Assembly: GCA_965649825.1 (NCBI GenBank)
Contig: OZ287695.1
Span: 372,001-436,000 of the forward strand
Length of the DNA stretch: 64,000 nucleotides
Reading direction: 5' to 3'
DNA from: Penicillus capitatus
Taxonomy: Eukaryota; Plantae; Chlorophyta
The notes beneath the pieces are model-generated. The model made no database searches, was not told where the DNA came from, and saw only the letters and a program-made list of their open reading frames with translations. Both the position numbers and the translations under genes were made by a program. Positions within the stretch are counted from its first letter, which is position 1. Every line of letters begins with the position of its first letter. Below, piece by piece: positions 11,290 through 23,611 of the stretch.

Positions 11290-14200
11290 TTACGTTCTCC
11301 CAGGAACGAATGGTTTTATCTTCAAGAGTTCTGCGAGATCATCCCGAACTTTTTTCGCGCATGCCTCTTTCTGGCAGATAACTTTGTAAGGAGTATCTCC
11401 CTTTTTGTTCTCGATTATCTTAATCCTCTTTTCCGGTGCCGCTTTCTCCAGCAGCGTCTATAGAGGTAGTTATGATCAAGCCGAGTGATTGAGATTCGGC
11501 TCACCTTAGCAGCCTTGCGTTGTCCGTGACGAGCGGCATAATGAAGTGCAGTGTTACCGTTGCGGTCAACGGCGTCGACCTCCGCTCCGTGGGCGATGAG
11601 TATCTTAGAAAACAGACATCGATGCAGACAGCGTCTAAAAATTCGGATCGCACTTCAATCATCCTCTCATTTCCTTCTTCGGCGGCCAGCATAAGGGGCC
11701 TCTTTCCAATTCTCTTCATTCCGAACTCGATATCGGCTCCATGTTCCAGCAAGGCCTACATTGTCCCACTGCGCGAGAAACCTCAGCGATTGTTACTGGC
11801 ATACCTCCAGTGCAGGGCCGGAGTTCTGATCTGTTGCAACGCAGAGAGGAGATCGCCCTTTCTCATCGGGCTCGTCAATTTTTGCTCCTTTGTGGAGAAG
11901 TGCCTTCGAACATCGACCGTCAGAAAGGACCAGAAAAACGACACTGGCCTACTTCAATAATATTGACCCTTCCTCTTCGAGCCGCAAGGTGAAGTGCTGT
12001 ATCTTTCGTTTCAGTTCTTAGTTTTGGATCGGCGCCATTTTTGAGGAGAAACTGCACGTCGAATGAGTCTTCGCCTCTGCTTGGATAAACATACCTTTAC
12101 AATCTTACAGTTTTCGGTTTCGACGGCAATGTGCAGCGCGTTCATTCCATATCCATTCCAAGACTTGGTATCTGCTCCTTTCTCAACAAGAACCTTCAAA
12201 GCACTTGTCCGTCAGAAGCATTTGAAACGGATGTCATCCTCACCTCGACAATCTCTGCGAATTCGCCTTTTACGGCTGCGTGCAGAGCAGTGTTATCCGA
12301 TGTGTCGACGATGTTGACATCTGCTCCAGCATCGATGAATATCTGTGGTGGGCAGTCGTCAGATCAGAAACGCAGAATGAGATAGGTGGTACCATAACAA
12401 TATAGGTGAAGTTCTTCTCAGCTGCAAGGTGGAGGGCGGTCTTATGCTCAGCGTCGAATGTGTTGACGTCAGAGTCTGCTGCAATGAGAATCTTCAAATG
12501 TTAGAGGATTAGCCAGAATCACAATTGAAGCAGGATGTACCGATACAATTTTGGCGTTTCCTAGTTCAGTTGCGGTATAGAGTGGCGTCTTTCCATCCAA
12601 AGAGGTCGCATTCACACTTGCGTTACCTTCGATGAGTGCCTACAATCAAGTATCGTAAGCTACAAACTGAGGTTAATTATGTCATCCGCACTATGACAGT
12701 TTCAATATATCCCTTCTCCACTGCGATGTGAAGTGGGGTCTGTTGTTTGTCGTTGATATAGTAATCAACGGCTGCGTGCGCTTGGATAAGCATCTTCGAA
12801 CAATAACCATCAGCACGCAGTCTATGACGAAGTGTCATTTACCGTTGCAATCTCTGTGTGGCCCTCTTCCAAGGCAATAAGAAGAGGCGTTCGCTTGTCA
12901 ACTACAGCATTCACTTTGGCGCCGCTTTCAATAAGCAACTGCAAACCAATGACAGTCGGACCAGAAAGGAGTGATGTGTTCTGGTGCTCACTTTTGTAAT
13001 ATCTGGGTACTTCTTTTCAACTGCGATGTGGAGAACGGTCCAGCCTGTGGCGCTGGGAATATTAACATCGGCATTGGCTGCTATGAGATCCTGTATCGGC
13101 ATCAATTTGGATCAAGGATTCGAAACAAGACAGGGTCTCACCGTTGCGATCTCTGTGTATCCCATCTCAACTGCGGCAAAGAGTGGTGTTTTTCCATCGA
13201 CGATTTCATCCACATCAACGCCGTGCTTGATCATTTTCTTGAACAACAGAAAGTCGAGACAGAAACTCAAACGAAATCTGTCTCACCAATACGAGTGCCC
13301 TGGATCCCTTTAAAACGGCATCGTAGAAGAGTGATCTTCCCTCACCGGCGACAGTCACATTAGCCCCCTCTTCGACGAGGTACTTCGAAGAGACAAAAGC
13401 CGTTTCGGAAAATGGATGCAAACATTGCCGGTACTTCTGCGATCATTGTCTGATTTGTGTCCCATGCAAGCTGCAGAGGTGTTTTCCCGGCACCGGGGGC
13501 ATTGATATCAGCTTTGTTCTCAACGAGAGTCTATGCAGCGCTCATGGTGAACAGGTTTGTCTGTTTCTGGCACACCTTTGTTATTCCGACGAACTTCCCC
13601 ATCACCGCTTCGTGCAGTGCCGTCTTTCCGTTGTTGGCAGGAATATTCAGATCAGCATTCACATCGATGAGAGCCTGTATCGCAACACGTCGAGATCGGA
13701 TATCTGCAGAGGATCGAATTCGGAGTTACTGTCAGGGATGACGTGATGTTCTTCATCGCGGACAGGTAAACAGATGTGCGTCCTTCAGCGTCGACACGGT
13801 TTACATCGGCGCCTCTGTTTGCAAGAACCTGGAAACAACATCGATAATCGAGATCGTGAAGCATGATGTCAATCCGCAGCGCCGCTGCACAAGTATTACC
13901 CCTATGCTTTTTGTTGCCTCGTGGACGGTAGCCCAAAACATCAGCGTTGATTTGTCAGCAAGGCCGCCTGTCGTCAACTCTGTGTTGCTGAGAAGAGTAT
14001 TGGGGTTCAGACTGTTTTGAAGAACCCATAGGACCATGTCAATGTTGTCCTCATTGATTGCCAGTATTATAGTCTAACATCCAATAAGATAAATCGATGG
14101 TGCAGACAGTGACATTTCTCACGTTGTATAGTTTTTTTGGAGGATAAACCGGCCTAGCCGGCAAAACAGGTGATGGCGTCGGCGAAGTCTCAGACGTAGC

Positions 14201-15598
14201 ATCCGACGTTGATGTTTTCTTAGGTGGAGTCTTCTTGTGTGGAGGAGGCGTCTTAGGAGGAGTCTTCTTAGGTGAAGGCGTCGCTGGCGGCTCATACTTT
14301 TCTTTGGGACACTTCTACAGAAAACAACGCGCGTATGAGCATTCGCATCCAAAACAGTATTTTGACAGGTGGTTGAGCCAGCAACCAGGATAGAGATGTG
14401 TGATGTGACAGATAGCACAGGACCTACCTCGCATTTTTCGCAGAGATGTGGATCAGATGGGAGTGGCGGCCACTCTTTCACGTTGCACTTGCTCGGCGGA
14501 GTCTTGCCAGCCATCGTCTTCAGAATCCAGTCCCTGTAGTACGCGACGCTGGTTTGAATCGAACACTCTCCGTATCCCTGAGGCTCGGGATCGAATGACG
14601 TGACGCCGACCACCAGATCCTCGCTGGGAGTCCCCTCTCCAACAGCGCACGGCACATCGGCCAACACAAGGGGACCCCCGTCCAGACCTTAAAGCACACG
14701 AGGATAGAGAGATGGCCGGTTTGGATGTCCCACCCTCCCACCTGTCTTCTGCTCAGCCTCTTCCCCGCAGAAGCAGAGCCAGCCGTTTCCCGGGACTTCC
14801 TTGCCCTTGCCTCGACACTCTCTGCGCGGAGACCGGTGCATCGACAGGTAGCTCTGATATCCGCAGCTGTTCGAACTGCCGTCGCCGATTTCCCATCCAG
14901 GCGTCAGCATGTCCTTCTTTCCCAGAACCATTCCATTCCGAAACAGCCGTGGCGTCTTCAGACGCGCCGCCTTGTCAAGTTTGAGCATGGCCAGATCAGA
15001 GCCTCTGGAGACGTTCCCCGTCCAGCCTCTGTGGATGTAGGCATCTTCGACGTGGAATCTCTGTCGCCCAACGAAGCCAGATCAGCCACAGCGTTTCGTC
15101 CGTGATGGCTCACTTTCTTCTCAGTGGTCGTGTTGACCTGATAGATGCCGCAGTACACAGTCGGGTAGCAGCCGACGGAGTCTTCGAAGTTCGGGTCGAC
15201 GCAGTGCGCCGCCGTCAGGACCCATCGCTCGCCGACGAGTGTGGCTGTGCACTCGTGCTTCCGGGTACCGGCCATTCGCAGACTGCATAGGTACGGAAAT
15301 CTTCCCGGAGAACCTTCAACTCTGTGACACAGCCCGTTCTCGTCGTCGGTCACATCGCCGCGCGACGCCGTCGAGATTTCCCCGTCGCCGTAGGAAACGA
15401 GCGAAACGAATCCGCCTCGACGGCCAAACTCTAGACAGAAGCAGTCTTAGGGTCAACCGGCATGATACCATCGATGGCACCTGAACTGGCGAATGTCGGG
15501 CTGGGCGCACACAGAAACGCGCAAAGAAACAGAATCGCAAACGCGCGACCCTTTTTCTTCGGACGGCAGGACGCGACTGAACGAACATGTTCAAGCAT
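11290..15598 (-). CDS. Trypsin-ankyrin fusion copy 2: signal peptide, dead S1A domain (GLDGGP), Lys/Pro/Thr linker, ankyrin array, Cys cap
   Basis: ATG 15598 MLEHVRSVASCRPKKKGRAFAILFLCAFLCAPSPTFA. WVLTAAHC. Spliced EQKT-GLDGGP. The ANK exons checked are in frame. Ends VICQKEACAKKVRDDLAELLKIKPFVPGRT* (TAA 11292-11290). Confidence 0.88.
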
Positions 15599-16109
15599 GA
15601 CTGCCTCGAGCAGCAAAACACTTGAATCTGAAAAACCCATGTCAAGTGTTCTTTTGTAGTCCGTTTAATTTTGGTTCTAAGCTAGCAACATTTTGCCGCA
15701 TGTTCATGTAGTACACACACTCCTGCGTGATGATTTATCGTCGCAGAATCCCACGTGAACTCCCAGCGTTAGCGTGCTTACCCCGATGGCAGCATCGGAT
15801 TCGTTCCGCTGGCGTATTTGCGCGCGATGCTGCATCTTTTGCAACCGTATTCCGCGAGATGGTGCGTCGTCGTGAAGATAATGATGCTCTAAATTGTACG
15901 AGTGTTCCTACTGAAATGACAGATCGTTTTTTGACTAGCTTTTTCTTTCGTCGACTCGTCTTTTGGATTTGAAATAAGATCTTCCTTAGTCTTTTGTCTT
16001 AAAATCGCGATTCTGATCACAAAACCATGCGCCGCCACATCGTTTTCGACTGTCGGCGATTCTCTTGTGCTCAGATCTGGCAAATTGTATGACGCCCACG
16101 ACGTAAGGC

Positions 16110-17010
16110 TATGCAGACGTACCGTCCACTGTCGGACAACAAGCTGAAGCTGGTATCGTTTGGTTGAGAGGTGGTCGTGTTCGCCACATCGGATGTTGCA
16201 GGAGATGATCCACGCGCTGCAGGAGGACGACCCTATCAAGGCGGACAGTCTACTGCTGACAGGCGTCAGCGCCAACAGTCGATACAGCAGCTACACTGTT
16301 GGGCGTTAGTATGCGAATCACCGTAAGCAACCACCGCGACTATTTCACACTCAATTACCATTCAAGCTCCTCTGAACCATGGAGAGCGATGGTTTAATGC
16401 CCTCGTCGCAACTTCCCCATAACGATGGGGATATGGTTGCTGAACTCACACAAGTTCGCAGCTGTTAGAACTTAAGGTTAGGAAACCTTAACTTCCTTGG
16501 GTATTTAAAGACGGCGAATCTCTCTTAAGTAATCTCGAATTCTTGTGCTAAGTCTAAGTGCGTCTTCATCTTCGTCGTCCGCGAGCGTAGCGACTCAAAG
16601 TTATTCAAGAAGTTTACACGATTCCTGACATACAGCACTCTACACATGTTGCCAGGATCAACTCTGCTTCCTTTGGCAACTGCGTACGATTCTATTCAGT
16701 GCGCGAGGGTGAGTGTCTCCGTCCGAAAGAACAGACATCTGCGGAAAGGCGGCTACTGAGCTGCCGGTGCCTGTTGTCGAAGATTCTGCTGCTGGCGAGG
16801 ACAGAGCTTGATGGGTTGAATGATGACGGGGGAACATCTCTACACGGCGGCATCGTTCGGATCGAGCAAAAGTGACAAAGGTGAGGAAGGGTGGACACAC
16901 ATGCCCATACTCTTAGCGTTTTCTCTCCGTTCCGCCTCCTATGTCGGAGCAGGACATTCGTCGCTCCCTACCTACAACTGATCGACTCAAGCAGGGCTTG
17001 GTCATTGAAC
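16110..17010 (+). pseudogene. Relic of a plus-strand trypsin-ankyrin gene (linker end plus first two ankyrin exons)
   Basis: Colinear with 51440-51995 (agacgtaccgtccactgtcggac...gcaggagatg...gaccctatcaaggcggacagtctactgctg). Interrupted by the insertion at 16297-16630 and cut off by unrelated sequence at about 17010. Confidence 0.85.
16297..16630. mobile_element. Probable solo LTR (334 nt)
   Basis: Insertion absent from the paralogue at about 51620. Starts TGTT and ends TGACA (TG..CA). Flanked by tacac / tacag, a 5-nt target-site duplication with one mismatch. Confidence 0.55.
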
Positions 17011-17039
17011 GATTTATTATCTGCTTACTACCGTGTTCT

Positions 17040-18650
17040 CCTTATTTGTAGCTCAACCCGATAAGAAACCAGGGACTGGTTTTTACGCTTAATCCCAAAT
17101 TATCTCGAAATAGATTCCCTTCCCGATTAGAAGCCCCCTCCTTCTCCTCGAAGAAGGTTGTATACGAGCACCATATGTCATGAACACTGTCGAACTTGTC
17201 TTTTGTCATTATAGACATGCCGTTTCGACGTATTGGGATGGTTCCGAGAATCATGGTTAAAGATATCCCCGGACATTGTCTAGAATGCACTGAAAAGCTC
17301 TTTCTTGCACAAGTCACCCGGAGTGGAATGTATATACATGTATAAACACGAAAGACTAGGAGGTCAGTTTCGTGAAGTTCTCCTATGTGAGCCACAAGAG
17401 TCTAAGTTAGACGAATCTGAAGATAACATCGACGATGACGAGGAACGTCGGAGAACTCTGCTCCGCGGTCGCGCAGACGCGTGACGAGAAACGGAGGGAA
17501 GAGGACTAAGTCGATGCAAAGACTACAGGGTGGGGTGTACAGTCAGCTTAATACCCGTGGTGGCAAGCGGCTTGACGTCACGTCACGAAGCTGCGACGCG
17601 TCCGATCCGCGTGTCCAAAACCGTTATCGTACACCCGTCAACGATGAAATCCTTCTGCACTGAGCATTTTCAAAAGAGCGGTGACTGATGACTGGTTCTC
17701 TGAATACAAGTTACGAAACTGTCGCATTCGTACGCAGGCGCTTCGCCGAATTGCACTAGTGCAATACACGCCCTGCCGAATTAGAAACCCCATCTGCGAA
17801 TACTGCTCTATTTTTTTAAGTCCGGTTACAAATAGGGAGAACACAGTATCGTTCGGCCGAAGTGAGATGCGAATAAGGACTATGGATTACAACGAGGCAG
17901 AAATAATGACAAAGTCGAGTTTAGAAGCTTCGATGCCGTTGTGACCGGAAGGGGACAGCTGTCGTATGAAAGTGACAGCGAAGGTAATCGTTGTCCCTCA
18001 ATACATAGGAACCTCGAAACAGGATCTGATTTTGGGCAAAATCCGTCTTACAGAAAAGGTGTTGGAGAGAGAAGGCGTTTGCGTTTGTATCAACCTACCA
18101 TGGCATCGGCAGTGTAATCGTCATCATCAAGTCACCATCAATGGGCCTGCTGTTTTGCTAGAAGCAATGGCTGTTAAGACTGCTTCTGTCATGCGTATGT
18201 GTGTTGTTGAGCCTTTATGTATGCATGTAAGCGGATAGTGATAGAAGAAGAATTTGTCGCATCTTCCGAGCGGCGGATTCCTCCTTTCAATGGTAATAGA
18301 AAAAGTTCTTTTTGTGTCTTCACTTCTTTTGGGCGTGCATGCTTGTTTAAAAGGGATTTCGATGTTCTTCTGAACTCATGACGCTTTGGTCTTCTTGATT
18401 CATTCTTGGCCGTGATGAATGATTGATCTAGAAGAGAGAAAATCCAATGCCAAGTGAGTGAGACGTGCATTTGAGTCTGTAAAGTTGGATACTGCCACCC
18501 TGGTGTTCGGCATATGAGGTAGGCAGATCGCATTTTTTCTCTTATGGTGTCTAACTCATTCACTTCATGACGTTCTTGTTCGTCTCTGGGAGAACGCTTC
18601 GTGTCTATGAGAAGTCTACAGTTCAATTGCACTGTTTTCGATTAACCGCA
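17040..18650 (-). mobile_element. Decayed LINE RT remnant
   Basis: Minus-strand frames give RT-order motifs: EAVLTAIASSKTAGP (K.PG), SQMGFLIRQG..CTSAI (Q.GF..GRS), VTALLKMLSAEGF, QSSPTFLVIVDVIF. Numerous stops and frameshifts. Confidence 0.45.
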
Positions 18651-18962
18651 TATCAAAGTAGAGAATGCAAACACTGCGTCAATCGCGATATGGAATAACA
18701 TTCACACGCAGGGACAGTCTTATGTCGACGATCCTAATCTGTCAGCAAATAACGACAGTTACAGTGAAGTTGATTAAGACAAACCACCAACAAAGCATTC
18801 TAGAAACGCGTCTAGGCGTGCTTCCTTCCACAAATACCATGTCCGCAGTTGTTTATAGCGGGACTTAATGTTGCTATCAACGTCACATCACACTACATCA
18901 CACTGAGTGTTGTAGTTGACAACAGAGAACGGAAAAAAGAATGCTGGTGCTAGGCATCTGCT

Positions 18963-21900
18963 TCATGGAGTCAGCAGTTTGATAAGGTCCCTCCGAGTCT
19001 TTTCGGAACAATGAGCATCCGGATTAGAACAAACGTATGCGAGAGGAGTTTTTCCTTTGTCGGTCAAGCTCAACCTCGATGCTCCAGCACCAACGAGGAT
19101 CTAGATAGAGTCACCTGCTAGGCAGCGAGGCATTCCGGCTTACTTCAGCAACGTTCAGATGACCGCTATATGATGCCAGATGAAGAGGTGTCCAAGCGGC
19201 ACTTGTCTTGGCGTCCAAATCGGCGCCAGCTGCGATCAGCACCTGCGACCGTCCATCATAGAGCTGATCGATCGCTGCAGAGACCGGACCTTTGCGATGT
19301 CGGTGTAACCGTATTGTAATGTCGTATGCAAGGGAGTGTGACCGGTGTTCGACGAGGCATTCACATCGGCACCGGCTGCGATCAGCACCTGCGACCGTCC
19401 ATCATAAAAGCTGATCAATTGCTGCAAGGACCGTGACCTTTGCGATGTCGATGTGACCGTATGCTGATGCCATGTTCAAGGGAGTGTGACCCTTGTCTAT
19501 CTTGGCGTTCACATCGGCGCCGGCTGCGATCAGCACCTGCGACCGTCCATCATAGAAGCTGATCAATCGATGCAGAGACCGGACCTTTGCGATGTCGATG
19601 TGACCGTATTGTGATGTCGCATGCAAGGGAGTCCAGCCAGTGTTCGACGTGGCGTTCACATCGGCACCGGCTGAGATCAGCACCTGCGACCGTCCATCAT
19701 AGAGCTGATCGATCGCTGCAGAGACCGGGACCTTTGCGATGTCGATGTGACCGTATTGTGATGTCGCATGCAAGGGAGTCCAGCCAGTGTTCGACGTGGC
19801 GTTCACCTTGGAACCGGCTTCAATCAGCACCTGCGACCGTCCATCGTAGAGCTGATCGATCGCTGCAGAGACCGGACCTTCGCGATGTCGGTGTAACCGT
19901 ATTGTGATGTCGTATGCAAGGGAGTGTGACCGGTGTTCGACGGGGTGTTCACATCGGCACCGGCTGCGATCAGCACCTGCGACCGTCCATCATAAAAGCT
20001 GATCAATTGCTGCAAGGACCGTGACCTTTGCGATGTCGATGTGACCGTATGCTGATGCCATGTTCAAGGGAGTGTGACCCTTGTCTATCTTGGCGTTCAC
20101 ATCGGCGCCGGCTGCGATCAGCACCTGCGACCGTCCATCATAGAAGCTGATCAATCGATGCAGAGACCGGACCTTTGCGATGTCGGTGTAACCGTATTGT
20201 GATGTCGTATGCAAGGGAGTCCAGCCAGTGTTCGACGTGGCGTTTACATCGGCACCGGCTGCGATCAGCACCTGCGACCGTCCATCATAGAAGCTGATCG
20301 ATTGCTGCAAGGACCGGGACCTTTGCGATGTCGATGTGACCGTATGCTGATGCCATGTGCAAGGGGGTCGAGCCAATGTTCGTCCTGGCATCCACATCGG
20401 CGCCGGCTTCGATTAACACCTACAGTATCTCTTCGACAAGAACAGATTATCGGTCTTATCGCTCACTTTGACAACTTCGAGATGTCCTTGGCGCGATGCT
20501 ATATAGAGAGAAGACCAGCTTTCTTTGTTGGTGGCACTAATGTCAGCTCCAGCTGCGATAAGAACCTTCTCCATTCCTTTCCAGCGACATAAAATGCTCT
20601 TTGGGGACGCACTTTGACGACTTCTGAGTGTCCGTGGTAGGATGCAATGTGGAGCGGAGTATCTCCTTTGACGTTCTTGATGTCGGTGTCCGCTTTGTAC
20701 TTCAACAACACCTGAAAGCACAGACAGACAGCTGGATGGATTGCATGCAAGCACAGCGTTCTGGACATCTTCTGATGCACTGATTTGTTCATTGCACCTC
20801 TGCGCATTTTGATGCGTCGAATGCTGCAGCCAAGTGCAGCGATGTCGATCCCTCTAGCATCTCATATTCCGGTGTGCTCATATCATGACCGTAGGTCGTG
20901 TCGACATCCAAACCGGCTAAAAGAAGCGCTTCTGCATCGAGTGCACTGTCCCCTCGAATGGCGACGACCATCTTCTGCAAAGACAAGATGCATTCGAACT
21001 CTCGTAAGCTAATGAGCTTACGGTGAGCATCTCTGAGTGAGTCATCTTGGCGTGATGTGTGCGTTTTTCGTCGAATCTCTTCGCCCCTCGCTTCTTGCGA
21101 CTTCGACGCTGCATGCACTCCGTATTCAGCAGTCCATAGATGTGTTTGCTTCAGATCACACCTTTTTCGTGCGATCGCTGCCGGTGATGCTTTCTATCCA
21201 GTCCAGAAAGTGGTCGACAGATGTGTAAACGGCTGGTTCTAAGCCGGAGCACTGTTGGGACTCGTCGTCCGCGTAGCCGTACGACGTGATGCCAACGATC
21301 ATGTCTCTTTTTGCATTCCCAGCAGCGATCTTGTCGTTCGGAGCGTCCACCAACATCAGAGGACCGCCGGAGTCGCCTAGCAGACAATCGCAACGACTCA
21401 CCCTCGGATCAGTTAAAGTCCATTGCCAGGGCACTGACCTTGACATGTGTCCTGTAAAAGCGCTCCGGCGCAGATCCAGCTGTCCTCGTCGACTCCTTGA
21501 GGTTGCTCTTTGCATGATTTACGCGCGACAACGGCAATTCTGTCAGCCAAGCGCAAAACGTGTGAGTGATCCGCGGATTCTGTACGTCCCCATCCTGTTG
21601 CAGCCAACAGCTTTCCGCGCCTCAGTGGAACGTCCCCCGAGCCCAAACGCGGCAGTGTAAGGTTGGCCGCCTCTCTGTCGAGCTTCAGCACTGCAATGTC
21701 AGATCCGTTGATGACATCGCCTGTCCAGTCGTTATGGATATGGCCATCAATGACATCGAACACCTGCATGTCACACGGCGTTCGTTCGACCTGATTGAAG
21801 AGAAGTGTAGAATCAAATCACTCACTTTGTCCTCGTCCACCTTGTCCTTCAGGTCATAGATTCCGCAGTAGACGACGGGGGACATACCCAGGGTTTTTTC

Positions 21901-22318
21901 TCCTTCGGGGTCCACGCAGTGAGCCGCCGTCAAAATCCATTGCGGCTTGATAAGCGTCGCCCCGCAGGCATGCGAATGGCTTCCGCGTTCACGCATGCTG
22001 CACATGTACGGAAATCTTCCACGCTTCGCTTTTGCGCCTCCCTGTAGCACACGGCTCAGATAATGACGGTTGAGATGCTTCCGCGTCGATAGACGCACCA
22101 CTATCTTCGCGTAGATGTCGTTGGACGCCTCGCGCCATCCTTGTCCTAGAAACGCGTCAAATGGACGGATAATGGGAACTACGCTCACCCGTTTCCTGGC
22201 TGCCGTGAGTTGGCCACGACAGCAGGAGTAGCCACAAGTGTATTGCTAGGTGCGTCATTTCTGCCGCCTTTCTTTCCGGGCGTCGACGTCCCTTTTCTGA
22301 ACAACGGTGCTCGAGCAT
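18963..22318 (-). CDS. Trypsin-ankyrin fusion, predicted active protease, about 12 ankyrin exons plus Cys cap
   Basis: MLEHRC...MTHLAIHLWLLLLSWPTHGS signal. Spliced AK-IVGG activation site. WILTAAHC, DIAVLKLD, spliced QDTCQ-GDSGGP. Ends YVCSNPDAHCSEKTRRDLIKLLTP* (TGA 18965-18963). Alternative start at 22258. Confidence 0.9.
19234..20420 (-). repeat. Tandem exon+intron units of about 147 bp (99-nt ankyrin exon plus about 48-nt intron) with a 588-bp higher-order duplication
   Basis: gatcagcacctgcgaccgtccatc (or a close variant) recurs at 19234, 19380, 19528, 19675, 19822, 19968, 20116 and 20263. Units at 19380/19968 and 19528/20116 are near-identical, introns included (offset 588). Confidence 0.92.
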
Positions 22319-22400
22319 TGTGTTTGCTGGGAAATGAAGCTTCGCGAACGATGCAGAACAATGGTCGCAAGACGCACCATTACGTACGTACATACATACT

Positions 22401-23395
22401 TTGGAAGTACGGGTCGTTCGAGTCAAATGCAGCACGAGCAACACCCGAGTCGTCAGTGCAAAGCTGCTCGACGGCGACGTCGTTGGTCTGCCCTTTCTCC
22501 GTTCCCGTGGATTCACTTACACACCGAGCCAGTACGTCTTCATCCGCTGCCCTCAGATTTCCCGATTCGAGTGGTACCCGTTCTCGCCGATGTCAAGTCC
22601 CGGAGACTGCTATCTCGGCGTCCACGTGCGCAAGGCTGGCGACTGGACGGCGGCGTTGCATCAACTGGTGGAGGAACACGCTCGCAGGAGGACTGGATCC
22701 TGTTCGGAGAACAGCGGGACGTTCTCTGTGTGCTCGAGATACCACGTCAAGCCTGTGCTCGACGAGTTCAACGTCGTCAAGCGATTCAATTTCAGCATCT
22801 CTGTGGATGGGCTTATCGGCGCCCCGCGCAGAACTATGCTCCCGATTGCAAGGTCATTGTGCTCATCGGCGCCGGAATCGGCGTCGCTCCTTTCGCATCG
22901 GTCCTCACCGATCTGCTCGATTCGCTCAAACAGTGCGCCTGTCCGAAGTGCGGCTACAGCAATCCGCACCTGATGCGCACCCGTATCAAGAAGGTCTACT
23001 TCTACTGGACAGTGCGATCGCGATCCGAAGCATCCTGGTTCAAGCATCTCCTGGAGGCCATCTCGTTGCGCGATGAAGACAGTCTGCTGGACATCCACGT
23101 GAACATCACTGGTATCAAGCGCGCCGATGACCCCAGGACGATGATGCTGCGCCTCGCGCAGTACGAAAGCGGCGAGCCTTCGACATCGGACGCCCATTCC
23201 CGCACCGTCACGCGCTTTGGCCGCATAGACTGGAACGAAGTTTTTGAGAAGGTCAAAGTCGACTTCCCGTGCGAACCGAGTGTGGGAGTTTTCTACTGTG
23301 GTCCCAATACAATCGCAAAGATCCTCGACAAAATGTGCCGACAGAACAGCAGAGGGCCGACAAAATTTCTGTTCATGAAAGAGTCGTTTGGGTAG
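22401..23395 (+). pseudogene. RBOH: 5'-truncated, frameshifted NADPH oxidase (RBOH/NOX) FAD- and NADPH-binding fragment
   Basis: FTYTPSQYVFIRCPQISRFEWYPFS..SSPGD..LGVHVRKAGDWT, then a frameshift at about 22827 into AQNY..VIVLIGAGIGVAPFAS...KKVYFYW...GVFYCGP...KESFG*. No transmembrane heme domain upstream. No introns. Confidence 0.88.
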
Positions 23396-23611
23396 GAAAA
23401 TAAACGAACCCCATTATGGATTGGGGTCTGTTGGGAGACAGGTGCGTATTATCTCTTGGTTTTGCCGCTGATGATTTCTTGGCTCGACCTCTCTCTGGAG
23501 CTATTTGATGAGTCCGAGGACTGAGATGACGGAATGAAGGAATAGTGACTTCTCCTTTGTCTGTTTCTTCGTTTAGCCTTTTTCATCTACTGACTCTACT
23601 TGTGTTGGCAT

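Noticed and set aside
22210-23076. 288-aa ORF, and 22307-23395 taken as a complete gene
   Set aside because: Only the part after about 22827 is in the RBOH frame. The upstream homology is in the 22401 frame, so this is a frameshifted fragment.
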